In this document: piece by piece, positions 19,458 to 31,518 of the stretch | How positions within the stretch are numbered: position 1 is the first letter of the stretch | Layout: every line of letters begins with the position of its first letter | Made by a program: the position numbers and the translations under genes | Origin: an uncultured Bacteroidaceae bacterium | GTDB lineage: Bacteria; Bacteroidota; Bacteroidia; Bacteroidales; GCA-2748055 | DNA length: 64,000 nt | Assembly: GCA_964595055.1 (NCBI GenBank) | Contig: CAZQOV010000001.1 | Coordinates: 1,360-65,359, forward strand | Reading direction: 5' to 3' | The notes under the pieces: generated by a model | Database searches by the model: none | What the model saw: the letters and a program-made list of their open reading frames with translations, nothing else | What the model was told of the DNA's origin: nothing

Positions 19458-19952
19458 TTAAAAACTGCTTTCTGCAATTAAATGGGCCATTTTAATGGCT
19501 GTTATCGCAGCTTCATCTCCTTTATTTCCATGCTTCCCCCCTGCCCTGTCTTTTGCCTGCTGGAGGTTATCAGTTGTTAATACACCAAAGACTACGGGAG
19601 TTTGATAGCGTATATTCAGTTGTGTTATTCCACTGGTAACCCCTTGACAAACATAATCGAAGTGCCGGGTTTCACCTTGAATTACACAGCCCAGGCATAT
19701 AATAGCTTCAAACTTATTCTGTTCGGCAAATAATTTTGCCCCATAGATGAGTTCAAAGCTCCCCGGCACCATTGATATGCCAAGGTTTTTTTCGTTTGCT
19801 CTATGCTTTTTTAATGTCTTCAGACAACCGTCGAGCAAAGCTCCGGTGATTTCATGGTTCCATTCGGAGACCACAATTCCAAATCGCATAGATGAAGCAT
19901 TGGGTATACTTTCAGGATCGTATGATGATAGATTCTTAAGGTTTGTTGCCAT
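19458..19952 (-). CDS. ribH: 6,7-dimethyl-8-ribityllumazine synthase
   Basis: 164-aa ORF with RFGIVVSEWNHEIT..VPGSFE..CLGCVIQGETRHFDYV..VVFGVLTTDN. Confidence 0.95.
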   Translation of the reverse strand: MATNLKNLSSYDPESIPNASSMRFGIVVSEWNHEITGALLDGCLKTLKKHRANEKNLGISMVPGSFELIYGAKLFAEQNKFEAIICLGCVIQGETRHFDYVCQGVTSGITQLNIRYQTPVVFGVLTTDNLQQAKDRAGGKHGNKGDEAAITAIKMAHLIAESSF

Positions 19953-19973
19953 TTAATTTACGAATTTTTAAGC

Positions 19974-21821
19974 TCATTTTTTGGGCATCTTATATCCTCT
20001 TTGTTTGGCAGCCTCCTCGAGCCTTTTCTGGAATCCCGATTTTTTAGCCGGTTTTGCCTTTTTTGCGTGCAGTTTTTTCCTGAGTTTTTCTTCATCCACA
20101 AATTGTTTAAAGAGATAATTCTGCCCGATGGTGATGAGGTTAGCGAGGAAATAATAATAGGTTAAACCTGCCGGAAAACTATTCAATATGAGCATAAACA
20201 TAACCGGCATAATATACATCATCCCTTTCATTCCAGGCATCTGGCTATCCGCTCCAGTTGGGTTACTGTTTAATTTCATCGACAAAATTGTTGAGACTGT
20301 CATAAGCAGGGTAAAAAGACTAACATGATCGCCATACATAGGTATTTCGAAAGGCAGCTGAAGGATAGAATCATAGGTACTGAGGTCATTTGCCCAGAGA
20401 AATGATTCCTGTCTTAACTCTATTGATGCCGGAAAAAACCGGAACATGGCATACAAAATGGGCATTTGCAGTAGCAAAGGTAAACACCCACCCATGGGAT
20501 TTGCTCCTGCTTTTCGGTAAAGTGCCATGGTAGCCTGTTGCCTTTCCATAGCTTTTTCCTTGGGGATCTTTTTATTGATCTCATCAATTTCAGGTTTGAG
20601 GGCACGCATCTTTGCCTGTGACATATATGAGCGATAGGTAAGAGGTAGCAAAGCTAATTTGATAATGATTGTCAGAAGCAGGATGATAAGTCCATAACTT
20701 CCAATGAAGTTGTTAAGCCAGTTAAATACCGGAATAATCACAAAAGCATTAATCCATCGAATAATGGAACCACCCACGGTCACAAGGTTTTCCAATTCAT
20801 GACCTATTTTTTTAAGACTTTGAAAGTGATTGGGGCCGTAATAGATCTGTATGGGCATGTTAAAATCTGAAGTTCTGTCGTAAGGAATATCAAGCTCAGA
20901 ACGATAATAACGGATATACCGGCTTTCTTCCGGTGTAGTTTCCATATTCATGGTCCCACCTTCGAAAGGTTTTTGGTCTGTAATCAAAATTGTAGAAAAG
21001 AATTGCTGTTTATAGGCAACCCAATGTAATTTTGTGGTTTCATCAGCTGTTTGTACCTCTTTCTTTGATCGGGTTTTAAACTTTTCTACATCGCCCTGAT
21101 AAAAACGATATTTCAGGTTGGTATAATTCAGTTCATTCTGTCTTCCCAATTCTTGTTGGGGGGCAAATAAATCCCATTTCAGATGAACAAAATCTGTCCG
21201 GTATTTATCCATATTTTTCATATGGATATTAAAATCAACCATATAGCTGTCCGGCTTGATGGTGTATGTAAAGTCAATGCTCGCACCATTCTGATCGACA
21301 GGCAGCTGCATTACGAGAGTTTTGGAAGAGTTTTCCGCCACCATTACCTTCTCTCCTTCTGCAAGCTGAAAAAATAATTCATCAGTCCTTACGGTTTTCC
21401 CGTCAGAAAAAAACTCAAGCCCAAAGCGATTTTCAGGTCCCTCAAAAAGAATTAAAGGAAGGGAATCAGCGGTCTTATAGTTTTTTAGTTCAACAGAATA
21501 GGGCTTACCTCCTTTTTTGGAGATTTTCAGGACAATCTGGTCATTTTCAAGTGTATAAAATGCGTTTTCACCGCTTAACTGACCGGAATAAATACCCAAA
21601 TCGGTCGTATCCCCAAGCTCTTGGAAAGCCTCAGCAGCCGGGCTTTCTTCCTCTTCCGGCTGTATTTCAGGTTCTGCTTCCACCTCCTGCTGTGCCCTGC
21701 GTAGTGAATCTGCCACTCTTCTCTGCTCGGCCATCTCCTCCCGCTGAGGCTTGGAAATTATGCTGTAGCCAATTAATATTACCCCAATTAAAACGATTCC
21801 AATTATTGAATTTCTGTCCAT
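19974..21821 (-). CDS. yidC: membrane protein insertase YidC
   Basis: 615-aa ORF with an N-terminal TM, a large periplasmic domain and the conserved core YGLIILLLTIIIKLALLPLTYRSYMSQAKMRALKPEI. Confidence 0.95.
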   Translation of the reverse strand: MDRNSIIGIVLIGVILIGYSIISKPQREEMAEQRRVADSLRRAQQEVEAEPEIQPEEEESPAAEAFQELGDTTDLGIYSGQLSGENAFYTLENDQIVLKISKKGGKPYSVELKNYKTADSLPLILFEGPENRFGLEFFSDGKTVRTDELFFQLAEGEKVMVAENSSKTLVMQLPVDQNGASIDFTYTIKPDSYMVDFNIHMKNMDKYRTDFVHLKWDLFAPQQELGRQNELNYTNLKYRFYQGDVEKFKTRSKKEVQTADETTKLHWVAYKQQFFSTILITDQKPFEGGTMNMETTPEESRYIRYYRSELDIPYDRTSDFNMPIQIYYGPNHFQSLKKIGHELENLVTVGGSIIRWINAFVIIPVFNWLNNFIGSYGLIILLLTIIIKLALLPLTYRSYMSQAKMRALKPEIDEINKKIPKEKAMERQQATMALYRKAGANPMGGCLPLLLQMPILYAMFRFFPASIELRQESFLWANDLSTYDSILQLPFEIPMYGDHVSLFTLLMTVSTILSMKLNSNPTGADSQMPGMKGMMYIMPVMFMLILNSFPAGLTYYYFLANLITIGQNYLFKQFVDEEKLRKKLHAKKAKPAKKSGFQKRLEEAAKQRGYKMPKK

Positions 21822-21847
21822 TTTGTTGTTTAAAGTTAAATAGAAAA

Positions 21848-23515
<1,668 letters not shown>

Positions 23516-23558
23516 CTAACGGAGTAATATTTGAGCTAAGAAATTTCAACCGGGAAGA

Positions 23559-25790
23559 TTATCCTTCCTCTTCCACTTCATCAATCATGGTGATCTTATC
23601 TTCTAGCAATTTTATTTTGTTTTTGGCATCCTGAATTTTTTTCTCAAAATCCCTGATCATCGAATCTGCTTTTTTAGATTCGGTAAAAAAACCTATATTA
23701 TTTTCCCACAAAACGATATCATTTCGCAGTTGCTGAAGCTTATTCATAAGCTTTTCCCGCTCAAATCGCAATTTATTACCGGGGCGGGGTTTGTTCTTGA
23801 TGGATTCAAGTTTATTTTTAAATTTCAGAACATTCTTTCGATGATCATCCATTTCCATCTTATCATATTGCTGATTAATAGCATCCCTGAATTCCTGCAT
23901 AATCGACTCTTTCTTATCATAGGGCACAAATCCGATGTTTGACCATCTCTTCTGAAATTCATTGAGTTTAGCAAGATTTTCTTTCTGAGATTCTACGGGA
24001 ATGAAATCTTTAATCTCCTGAATCAGTTCTTGCTTCTTCTTAAGATTATCTTCGTATCTCTCTTCTATATTTGCAAAAAATTCAGATTTACGATTAAAAA
24101 ACTGATCACAAGCCGACCGGAACCGTTTCCAGATCTGATCAGATTTTTTTCTGGGAACGGGTCCTATTCGCTTCCATTTTTTTTGAAGTTCTATCAGCTC
24201 ACTTGTTGTTTTTTTCCAATCTGTGCTATCCTGAAGCGCTTCAGCCTGGATACAAAGATCCATTTTTTTCTGAAGGTTTTCCTGCTGCTCTTCAAGTCCC
24301 TTGGCATAATACTCCCGCTTTTTGTCGAAGAAGGTATCGCAAGCCTGCCTGAACCGTGCATATATTTTATTGTTATCTTTTTTCGGTGCGAAACCTATAG
24401 TTTTCCAAACTTTTTGAATTTCGAAAATCTCCCGTGTTTTTTCTACCCATGTTGAATGATCCTCAATTTCCATTTCAGCAAGGGTCTCCGCTTTCTCACA
24501 CAATACTTTTTTGGACTCCAGATTTTTCTTCTGAGTTTCTTTTAGTTCCTGATAATATTGCTGATGCTTTTTATTTATCTTGGAAGTTGCTTCCTTAAAC
24601 CTTTCCCAAATTTCTGTTCTTTTTTCCCGGGGAACCGGACCAATTTCCCTCCACTGATCATGATATTTTTGAAGTGTTTTAAAAGCATTAACAATATTGG
24701 GTTCAAGGATGAGCTCTTCGGCCTTCTCGCAGAGTTTTATTTTGGTTTCCAGATTTTTCCTGAGATCCAGATCCCGCAGTTCTTTGTTGATTTTGATGTA
24801 ATCGTAAAACTTCTCAACATAATAATGATACGTTTCCCATAAATTTTTCAGTTCTTCCTGGGGAACCGCTCCGATTTCATGCCACCGGCGTTGCAGGTCC
24901 CTGAACTCCTGAAAAGTTATATTTATTGCCTCATCTCTGTTTGCAAGCTCTTTAATTTCTTCAATGATCTGATGCTTCTTTTCAAGATTTTCTTTTTTTT
25001 CATCTTCCCTGAGCCGGTTATATTCAGTCCGCAATTCTGCATATTTTTTCAGTAAGGCTTTTAACTCTTCCTCCTCCTCGCTAACCCCTGGAGAAAAATC
25101 CGCTTCATTGCCTCCTTCCCGAAAAAATTTTTCTTTTTTCTCTTCAATTTCAGCATGTATCTTTCTGTAAAAGGCCGACTTTATGGCGGCAACATCCTTT
25201 CCAATCTGATTTATCTTACCTTCATGCAACAATTCTTTGAAAATTTCCAGTAAGTCAGGCTTACTTAGTAAAGAATAATTGATCTCTTCCTTCTTGGGTA
25301 ATGCCTCAGGTTTCTTTTTATCTTCCTCACGCTCTGTTTCTTTTGCTTGAGAAAGATCCCGGGACTCATCTTTAGCAGGCTGTTCCTTTGGCTTTTCGGC
25401 ATCTTTTTTCCCTGATCCGGAATCTGAATATTCTTCAGGTCTTCGTGATTCAGACAGTGTTTTACCTGGTTCTTCAGCATTGCCTGTTTCCTGATCCGAT
25501 TCGTCTTTCTTTGACCCCTCCTTATCTGTTTCCGGAGAAGTTTGTGATTTTTTATTTTCATCCTCCTCAGAACCGGTAGATTGATCCCTGGTTTCCTGCC
25601 GATTTTTACCCGCAGATTCTTCCTCAGAGTCAGCATGACTTTCTTTTTCTTCTTTGTTCTGCTGTTTCTCCTGACTCAGAGAATTTTCCGTTGTTTGTGA
25701 TTTTTTCCTTTCTTCTTTCTCATTTTCAGCTTCTTTGCTGAATTGTTCATTTGGATTATGAACAGAGTTTTTGGGGTCTTTTTGTTCCAT
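23559..25790 (-). CDS. DUF349 repeat protein with long acidic low-complexity N-terminus
   Basis: Repeated units carry W(K/E)xIG(P/F)VP..IW(E/K)RF, for example KKWKRIGPVPRKKSDQIWKRFRSACDQFF. The first ~170 aa are K/E/S/D-rich. Confidence 0.85.
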   Translation of the reverse strand: MEQKDPKNSVHNPNEQFSKEAENEKEERKKSQTTENSLSQEKQQNKEEKESHADSEEESAGKNRQETRDQSTGSEEDENKKSQTSPETDKEGSKKDESDQETGNAEEPGKTLSESRRPEEYSDSGSGKKDAEKPKEQPAKDESRDLSQAKETEREEDKKKPEALPKKEEINYSLLSKPDLLEIFKELLHEGKINQIGKDVAAIKSAFYRKIHAEIEEKKEKFFREGGNEADFSPGVSEEEEELKALLKKYAELRTEYNRLREDEKKENLEKKHQIIEEIKELANRDEAINITFQEFRDLQRRWHEIGAVPQEELKNLWETYHYYVEKFYDYIKINKELRDLDLRKNLETKIKLCEKAEELILEPNIVNAFKTLQKYHDQWREIGPVPREKRTEIWERFKEATSKINKKHQQYYQELKETQKKNLESKKVLCEKAETLAEMEIEDHSTWVEKTREIFEIQKVWKTIGFAPKKDNNKIYARFRQACDTFFDKKREYYAKGLEEQQENLQKKMDLCIQAEALQDSTDWKKTTSELIELQKKWKRIGPVPRKKSDQIWKRFRSACDQFFNRKSEFFANIEERYEDNLKKKQELIQEIKDFIPVESQKENLAKLNEFQKRWSNIGFVPYDKKESIMQEFRDAINQQYDKMEMDDHRKNVLKFKNKLESIKNKPRPGNKLRFEREKLMNKLQQLRNDIVLWENNIGFFTESKKADSMIRDFEKKIQDAKNKIKLLEDKITMIDEVEEEG

Positions 25791-25936
25791 TGGAAAAAGT
25801 TTTTCCAGTTTCGTAACTTCGAATTTCTAAATTACCGATTTTCCTTGAGCTAACAATGTTTTTAAATCATTTGTTTTCCCAATAATAAATTCAAATCTAA
25901 AGTATAATAAATTTCCATAAAAATTATCTTATAAGG

Positions 25937-25975
25937 TCATTTTGTCATGACTAAAAGGTAATTGAGCGACAAAAT
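25937..25975. promoter_or_regulatory. 9-bp perfect inverted repeat CATTTTGTC-N21-GACAAAATG upstream of hsp20
   Basis: Read directly from the sequence. It sits 110-150 nt upstream of the hsp20 ATG, and the spacer overlaps the palindrome GTCATGAC. Confidence 0.3.
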
Positions 25976-26085
25976 GGCGTTATATAGAACATCTTTTCTT
26001 TCTGTAAACGCATATATGTATAATGGCATTTCATTTGTCTTGTCTCAAAACAAATGTAAGAATGTTTAATTAAAATTTTACAATA

Positions 26086-26532
26086 ATGACACTATTAAGA
26101 GTTTATAAGAAAAATGGAAGTCCTGTTCAGCAGGGTGAAGATGCCTGCCTGTTCTCTGATTCATTACATGACTTTTTTGGTGAAGAAAACTTCCACCAGG
26201 TTTACTCCACTCCAAAGGTAAATATAAGGGAGGAAAAGGAATATTTTGAACTTGAGATTGCCCTGCCAGGAGTTTCCAAGAAAGACATTTTAATAAATGT
26301 TGAGAAAGATAGTTTAAATATCTCGCATAAAGAATTGGAGAAGGCTGAAGAGAAAGATATCTACAGTCGGAGAGAATTTGATTTTAGTCAGTTTAAGAAG
26401 TCGTTTTATATTCCCAAAACCATCAATAGCGAAATGATTCAGGCTAAAATGGATAATGGAATATTGACGGTTAAACTTCCAAAAAGAGAAGAGGCGATTG
26501 ACAGAGGACCCAGAGAAATTACGATTTCTTAA
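26086..26532 (+). CDS. Hsp20/alpha-crystallin family small heat-shock protein
   Basis: Alpha-crystallin domain KVNIREEKEYFELEIALPGVSKKDILINVEKDSLNIS...NGILTVKLPK. Confidence 0.92.
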   Translation: MTLLRVYKKNGSPVQQGEDACLFSDSLHDFFGEENFHQVYSTPKVNIREEKEYFELEIALPGVSKKDILINVEKDSLNISHKELEKAEEKDIYSRREFDFSQFKKSFYIPKTINSEMIQAKMDNGILTVKLPKREEAIDRGPREITIS

Positions 26533-26670
26533 ATAACAGATTTGAGGTAGAAGGTGGATCAGCCTCAAGTTAAGGAGGTTTTGATCCGGTTTTTGGATTC
26601 GTTTATGGTTCCCGCCTGCCGACGCGCTAGCCTGTGCTTTGGCAGGCAGGTAGGGTTTGTGTTTAAGTAG

Positions 26671-26707
26671 ACCGTCCCGAATGTAAGTTCGGGGCGGTTT
26701 TTTTTTC
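26671..26707 (+). terminator. rho-independent terminator
   Basis: ACCGUCCCGAA-UGUAAG-UUCGGGGCGGU forms an 11-bp stem with one G-U pair and is followed by U9. Confidence 0.8.
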
Positions 26708-26873
26708 AATAGCCGGAAGGATGCGGTATCTAAGTGACTCGCGGGCAGGCCGGAATAATTACACAAATCGAAGAGCTGTTTTTTTCTGATTAACCTGTGC
26801 TGTGACTAAACACATAGAAGATTAACCCCTTAAACCATTATACCAATAAATCCAAATAAACCTCCCAATTGCT

Positions 26874-26881
26874 TATCTTTG
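26874..26881 (+). promoter_or_regulatory. Bacteroidota -7 promoter box (TATCTTTG) for trmD
   Basis: Exact TAnnTTTG match, 12 nt upstream of the ATG at 26894. Confidence 0.5.
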
Positions 26882-26893
26882 TAAAAAAACAAT

Positions 26894-27580
26894 ATGCGAA
26901 TCGACATCATAACCGTGCTGCCTGAACTTATTGAAAATCCTCTTAATCATTCAATAATAAAAAGAGCCAAGGATGCCGGCATCGTAGAGATCCATCTCCA
27001 TAACCTGAGAGATTATTCAACCGACAGGCATCGAAAAGTTGACGATTATCCTTTCAGCGGCGGCGCCGGAATGGTATTACAGGTTGAACCCATCGATCGT
27101 GCAATAAGCGCACTTAAAGAGAAAAGAAATTATGATGAAATAATATTTACTTCTCCTGACGGGGAGAAATTTGTTCAAAAAACAGCCAATAAACTTTCAA
27201 CCTTAAACAGTATTATCATACTCTGTGGTCATTACAAGGGGGTTGACCAACGGGTACGTGATCATTTGATAACTATGGAAATATCTATCGGTGATTATGT
27301 AATGACCGGGGGGGAATTGGCAGCGGCCGTCATTACCGACAGTGTCGTGAGGTTATTGCCGGGGGCTATTTCTGATGAATCTTCTGCATTGAGCGATTCT
27401 TTTCAGGATGGTTTGCTATCTCCTCCTGTATACACACGACCTTCAGAGTACAAAGGATGGAAAGTACCTGATATTCTGCTTTCAGGCAATTCAAAAAGAA
27501 TCGAAGAATGGAAAATGCAAAAGGCAATGGAACGAACAATTGAGTTAAGACCTGATTTACTGGAAGAAAATGAGGACTAA
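26894..27580 (+). CDS. trmD: tRNA (guanine37-N1)-methyltransferase
   Basis: [54 protein letters not shown]. Confidence 0.95.
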   Translation: MRIDIITVLPELIENPLNHSIIKRAKDAGIVEIHLHNLRDYSTDRHRKVDDYPFSGGAGMVLQVEPIDRAISALKEKRNYDEIIFTSPDGEKFVQKTANKLSTLNSIIILCGHYKGVDQRVRDHLITMEISIGDYVMTGGELAAAVITDSVVRLLPGAISDESSALSDSFQDGLLSPPVYTRPSEYKGWKVPDILLSGNSKRIEEWKMQKAMERTIELRPDLLEENED

Positions 27581-27654
27581 GTTAAGAAGTATTCGTTTTT
27601 TCACATAGTACATCAGGGGCATTACAAGGCTGTTATAATCGGTTTTTCTCCTTC

Positions 27655-30546
27655 CTAGTCTCTGTGGCAAATGTCTTTATACGGACAATACTGACAACGT
27701 TTTTCATCTTCTGTTTGTACGAAGTCAATTGTCGGATCAAAGATACTTTCGAGAAGATCTTTCAGTAAACTTTCAAATTCGTCAGCATAATCCAGGAAAT
27801 TATTGATGAACCCCGACGAGGCTTTATCGGTCAAATAAGGAGAGAAATTTTCTGAAAAAAGCTCTTTGGTAAGATATATCGAGGGCGTTATGAATTTCAC
27901 TTCCGGATGTTCTTTTAAATATAACCAGCAATACATAAAAACTTGAAAAACCCCTTTAAAATAATCTGATTCTTTCCAGCTATCCCGGTCAAAGATGGTC
28001 TTTAGTGAAGGAAATTCACGATTTACTTTCCCGGTTTTATAATCTACGAGATGTAAAAATCCATTGCGGGAATCCAGCCGGTCGATGGTTCCTCCCAGAT
28101 GCACCTTTCCGATATTTTCAACATTCAGGTGTTTATGGACTTTCTTTTGTTCCGTATCGACCAAAACAAAAGGGGTTGCCTGTTTATCGATCCGAAGGGT
28201 TTGATCGACCAGTTTTCTGATGATCTCGTAAATGATGATATTTTTCCCCTCCGGTTTTACCCTTGTATTCGCATCATCCGATTTTAGGAATTCTTCACGA
28301 AAGGCTTGATCAATATGAGTTTTAATTGTATCAGGCTCCATTAATTCCTGAATATTTTGTCGAGTGATTTCCTGGTTTTTTTTATTCCTGTAGATGAACT
28401 CCATCGTTTTATGATACAAACCTCCAAAACCAGAGGCATCAATTTCTTCAGTAGCTTCATCCTCTTCTCTGAGTCCGGCAACATAAGTGAAATAGAATCT
28501 CAGCGAACAATCCAGGTAAGAAGTGAGTGCAGAAGGTGAGAGGTAGTCCCTTTTTTCAGGTTCAGCGTATTTTTTCAGAATTACCCTGACATTCTCCGAC
28601 TTTTTGATCTTTATTTCTGCGGATTCCCTTTCAATTACATGGAAAGCACGGGTATAATGCTTAATGTTCCAGTCGGTAAGATATTGCATCTGATAAATAT
28701 ACCTTGTCGGTTCTCCAGATTTTACCCCCTCTGTCTGACTGTTATATAAAATATGGATGTTTTTTGCGCGAGGAAGGAGACGGTAAAAATAATAAGCATA
28801 AATAGCGTCTTTGTCTTCTCTTACCGGCATTCCAAATGCGTATTTTAAATTCGTGGGAATATAAGAGAAATCCATTCCGGAAGCAGGCATTACCCCTTCA
28901 TTCATGGATAGAAAAATCAGATGCTGAAAATCCAGAAGTCGTGATTCAAGGATCCCCATAACTTGAGTACCCTGCAGAGGTTCTCCTTCGAAGGGTATCC
29001 GGAAATCCTTAAGAATCTGACGAAACAAATGAATAAAACTCTGCAGGCTTAGATCTGAAACTTGTTCTTCCAGAAGATTTTTTAATTTATTAAGGCGGGT
29101 CCTGATATGAAAGATATATTCCTTTTCCATTTTAAAAGTGGGATCTTCCACTGGAAAAGCATCAAAAACGGATTGCAATAATTGCAAAAGATAAGGGGTA
29201 ATTCCATCTACAGTATTGATTTTCCTGAAAAGTTTGGCGAAAAGTTCATCTGTTTCCAATTCTTCTGTTTCGACATAAATTTTATTTTCACGGTGTATTT
29301 TCGCGATGAGAACATCTGTCTTTTCCTGGTAAAAGGTCCTTATATACTGATGATTCAGAATTGTCAACAGATCCCGGAAGTACAACTTATGCTTCATTTT
29401 TCTCCGGGTAAAATTCAACTGCATTCTCAACACCGCATCCAAAAAGCTAAAAACAGGAGTTTGGGAAAGCGGAAACCCCATGGTAACATTAAGATTCCTC
29501 ATGGAATCCGGAAGAGAAGTAAGCACGGCCGGTAAAAGCGATTCATCTCCAAGAATTATGGCAGTTTTGTTAAAATCAAAGGGATCTGATTTTTGATCCC
29601 CTGCATCGTCGTGGCTTGCTTCCAACTGGTAAAGAATCTCATGAATTTGCTTCGTCTGGAGAACATCTGACGGAAGGTTATAGATTTTGACCTCCCTGTT
29701 TCTATCTGCGTCGGAATTATAGGGACTGAATTTCTCATCAGGAGGGAATTTTTTCAAATTTATTCTGAGGAATCTTCCCGCTTCATGAACAGCATCTTGC
29801 ATAAAGGAGGAATCAAAATCCCAGTAAAATTCAGCTAAGCCCTTATCACGCAACCAGGAAAATAATTTATCTTCAGCCTTGCTCAAGGCATTAAAACCAC
29901 AAATGAATATTTTTTTCCAGGGCAGGATAAAATCCTTGTGAGATATTTTTTCTTCAACGACCATTCGATATATCATTCCTTCATAACCCAGACCTTTTTT
30001 TCTAAGATTTGCGTTCAAATTTTGATAAACCGAAAAGAGGATTTTCCAGATGAATAAAAAGGATTCCTTTTGTCCGGTTAATTTTTCAGGATTGAAATTT
30101 TTCCAAAAACGGGTAATTAATAGCTTTTGATCCTGATCGAGGTAATCAAAAACCTGATCTATTTCCTTAAGATCATTAATATTTGTAAATATTTGCTCTG
30201 CATCAACAAGGTATTTATCTATATCATTGAAATCATTGATCATCATTTCCCCCCAGGGATAAAACTCATCATAACTTTCAGGTGAGCTGGTCATTTGCCT
30301 GTACGAACGGTAAGTCTCGAAAGAAAGCTCAAGAGGATCTGCAGGTTCGATCCCGGAAATCTGTTTCATAAAATCATCGATAGTAAGGATCTCTGGAAAC
30401 CACCCCGGGGTTTTGATCAGAGAGGCATAATATTTTTTAAAAAACACCCCCGCCCTTCGGTTAGGAAAAAGAAAACAATAATTACTCAGGCCATCGGGAT
30501 ATTTTTTCCCGATGTGAAAAGCCAGTTTATGTAAGAAAGATTCCAT
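27655..30546 (-). CDS. AddB-like PD-(D/E)XK nuclease with C-terminal Fe-S cysteine cluster
   Basis: 963-aa ORF with a C-terminal nuclease motif GGTIDRLD..LHLVDYKTGK. Four Cys are present (YLDCSLRFY ... CQYCPYKDIC), as in AddB/Cas4-type iron-staple nucleases. Confidence 0.85.
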   Translation of the reverse strand: MESFLHKLAFHIGKKYPDGLSNYCFLFPNRRAGVFFKKYYASLIKTPGWFPEILTIDDFMKQISGIEPADPLELSFETYRSYRQMTSSPESYDEFYPWGEMMINDFNDIDKYLVDAEQIFTNINDLKEIDQVFDYLDQDQKLLITRFWKNFNPEKLTGQKESFLFIWKILFSVYQNLNANLRKKGLGYEGMIYRMVVEEKISHKDFILPWKKIFICGFNALSKAEDKLFSWLRDKGLAEFYWDFDSSFMQDAVHEAGRFLRINLKKFPPDEKFSPYNSDADRNREVKIYNLPSDVLQTKQIHEILYQLEASHDDAGDQKSDPFDFNKTAIILGDESLLPAVLTSLPDSMRNLNVTMGFPLSQTPVFSFLDAVLRMQLNFTRRKMKHKLYFRDLLTILNHQYIRTFYQEKTDVLIAKIHRENKIYVETEELETDELFAKLFRKINTVDGITPYLLQLLQSVFDAFPVEDPTFKMEKEYIFHIRTRLNKLKNLLEEQVSDLSLQSFIHLFRQILKDFRIPFEGEPLQGTQVMGILESRLLDFQHLIFLSMNEGVMPASGMDFSYIPTNLKYAFGMPVREDKDAIYAYYFYRLLPRAKNIHILYNSQTEGVKSGEPTRYIYQMQYLTDWNIKHYTRAFHVIERESAEIKIKKSENVRVILKKYAEPEKRDYLSPSALTSYLDCSLRFYFTYVAGLREEDEATEEIDASGFGGLYHKTMEFIYRNKKNQEITRQNIQELMEPDTIKTHIDQAFREEFLKSDDANTRVKPEGKNIIIYEIIRKLVDQTLRIDKQATPFVLVDTEQKKVHKHLNVENIGKVHLGGTIDRLDSRNGFLHLVDYKTGKVNREFPSLKTIFDRDSWKESDYFKGVFQVFMYCWLYLKEHPEVKFITPSIYLTKELFSENFSPYLTDKASSGFINNFLDYADEFESLLKDLLESIFDPTIDFVQTEDEKRCQYCPYKDICHRD

Positions 30547-30564
30547 TTATATGTTTTATGTAAT

Positions 30565-31518
30565 TCAGGGATTAAACTTTCTGCCTTGCCAGGTGTTTTT
30601 TTCTTCCAGTCTTAGTTCGAAAAGTCTTAAAATCTCATCGTATCGTAATCCCCAGTTTTGCCTTAAATTATAACCTTGAATGGTTTCACCTGCAATTCGT
30701 TCAATAACAATCTGAGGATTTAAGCTTTCTATGAACTCGGTCATCAGTTTAAGATATTCATCAAGATTATAAAACGAAAAGGCATCGGGATTATTCCGAT
30801 ACTCAAGGGCCATTGCAGATCCTTTCACGATTTGTAGTTGATGAAATTTCAATTGATTTACCGGTAACCCTGAGAGTATCCCAGCCTCCTGTAAAATTTC
30901 ATCTTTTGTTTCTCCGGGAAGTCCGATAATCATGTGGCCACCGGTCCGGATATTCCGTTTTTCACATTTTTTTAATGCATTTACCGTCGAAGTAAAATCA
31001 TGACCGCGATTTATTCGTTCGAGGGTATTATCGTAACAAGATTCAATTCCAAATTCAAGGGTCACATAGTAGCTTTCACTCAGCCCGGCCAGGTAATCCA
31101 GAATTTCATCATCAATGCAATCCGGGCGGGTGCCAATGATGAGTCCTTTGATACCTTCAATCCCCAGCGCTTCTTCATACCTTTTTTTCAGGATTTCCAG
31201 GGGAGCATACGTATTTGAATAAGCCTGGAAATAGGCCAGATATCCTATTGCTTTACGATATCTTTTGTTATGAAATCCCATACCCTCATGGATTTGCTGC
31301 TTTACCGATTTTTCGGGTTCACAATAAGAAGGGTTAAAAGCCCTATTATTGCAGAAAGTACATCCTCCACTCCCTATATACCCATCCCTGTTGGGACAGG
31401 TAAATCCGGCATCTATACTGACTTTCTGAACCCGTCCACCGAACAAATTTCGAATGTATTCCGAGTAGGCATTGAACCTGCGCTCATGTCCCCAGGGAAA
31501 TGCTGTTTTTTTGCTCAT
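30565..31518 (-). CDS. radical SAM protein, TIGR01212 (YhcC/YtqA-like) family
   Basis: Contains CPNRDGYIGSGGCTFCN near the N-terminus, the variant cluster-binding spacing of this family. There is a 4-nt ATGA overlap with the upstream helicase gene. Confidence 0.88.
   Translation of the reverse strand: MSKKTAFPWGHERRFNAYSEYIRNLFGGRVQKVSIDAGFTCPNRDGYIGSGGCTFCNNRAFNPSYCEPEKSVKQQIHEGMGFHNKRYRKAIGYLAYFQAYSNTYAPLEILKKRYEEALGIEGIKGLIIGTRPDCIDDEILDYLAGLSESYYVTLEFGIESCYDNTLERINRGHDFTSTVNALKKCEKRNIRTGGHMIIGLPGETKDEILQEAGILSGLPVNQLKFHQLQIVKGSAMALEYRNNPDAFSFYNLDEYLKLMTEFIESLNPQIVIERIAGETIQGYNLRQNWGLRYDEILRLFELRLEEKNTWQGRKFNP

Noticed and set aside
25265-25636. 123-aa K/R-rich ORF in an alternative frame inside the DUF349 gene
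   Set aside because: It is a by-product of the purine-rich low-complexity coding region of the DUF349 N-terminus.
26314-26766. 150-aa minus-strand ORF overlapping the 3' half of hsp20 and the intergenic hairpins
   Set aside because: It is antisense to a well-supported Hsp20 gene and runs straight through a strong terminator hairpin. Its composition (P/R/S/L-rich) looks like a frame artefact.
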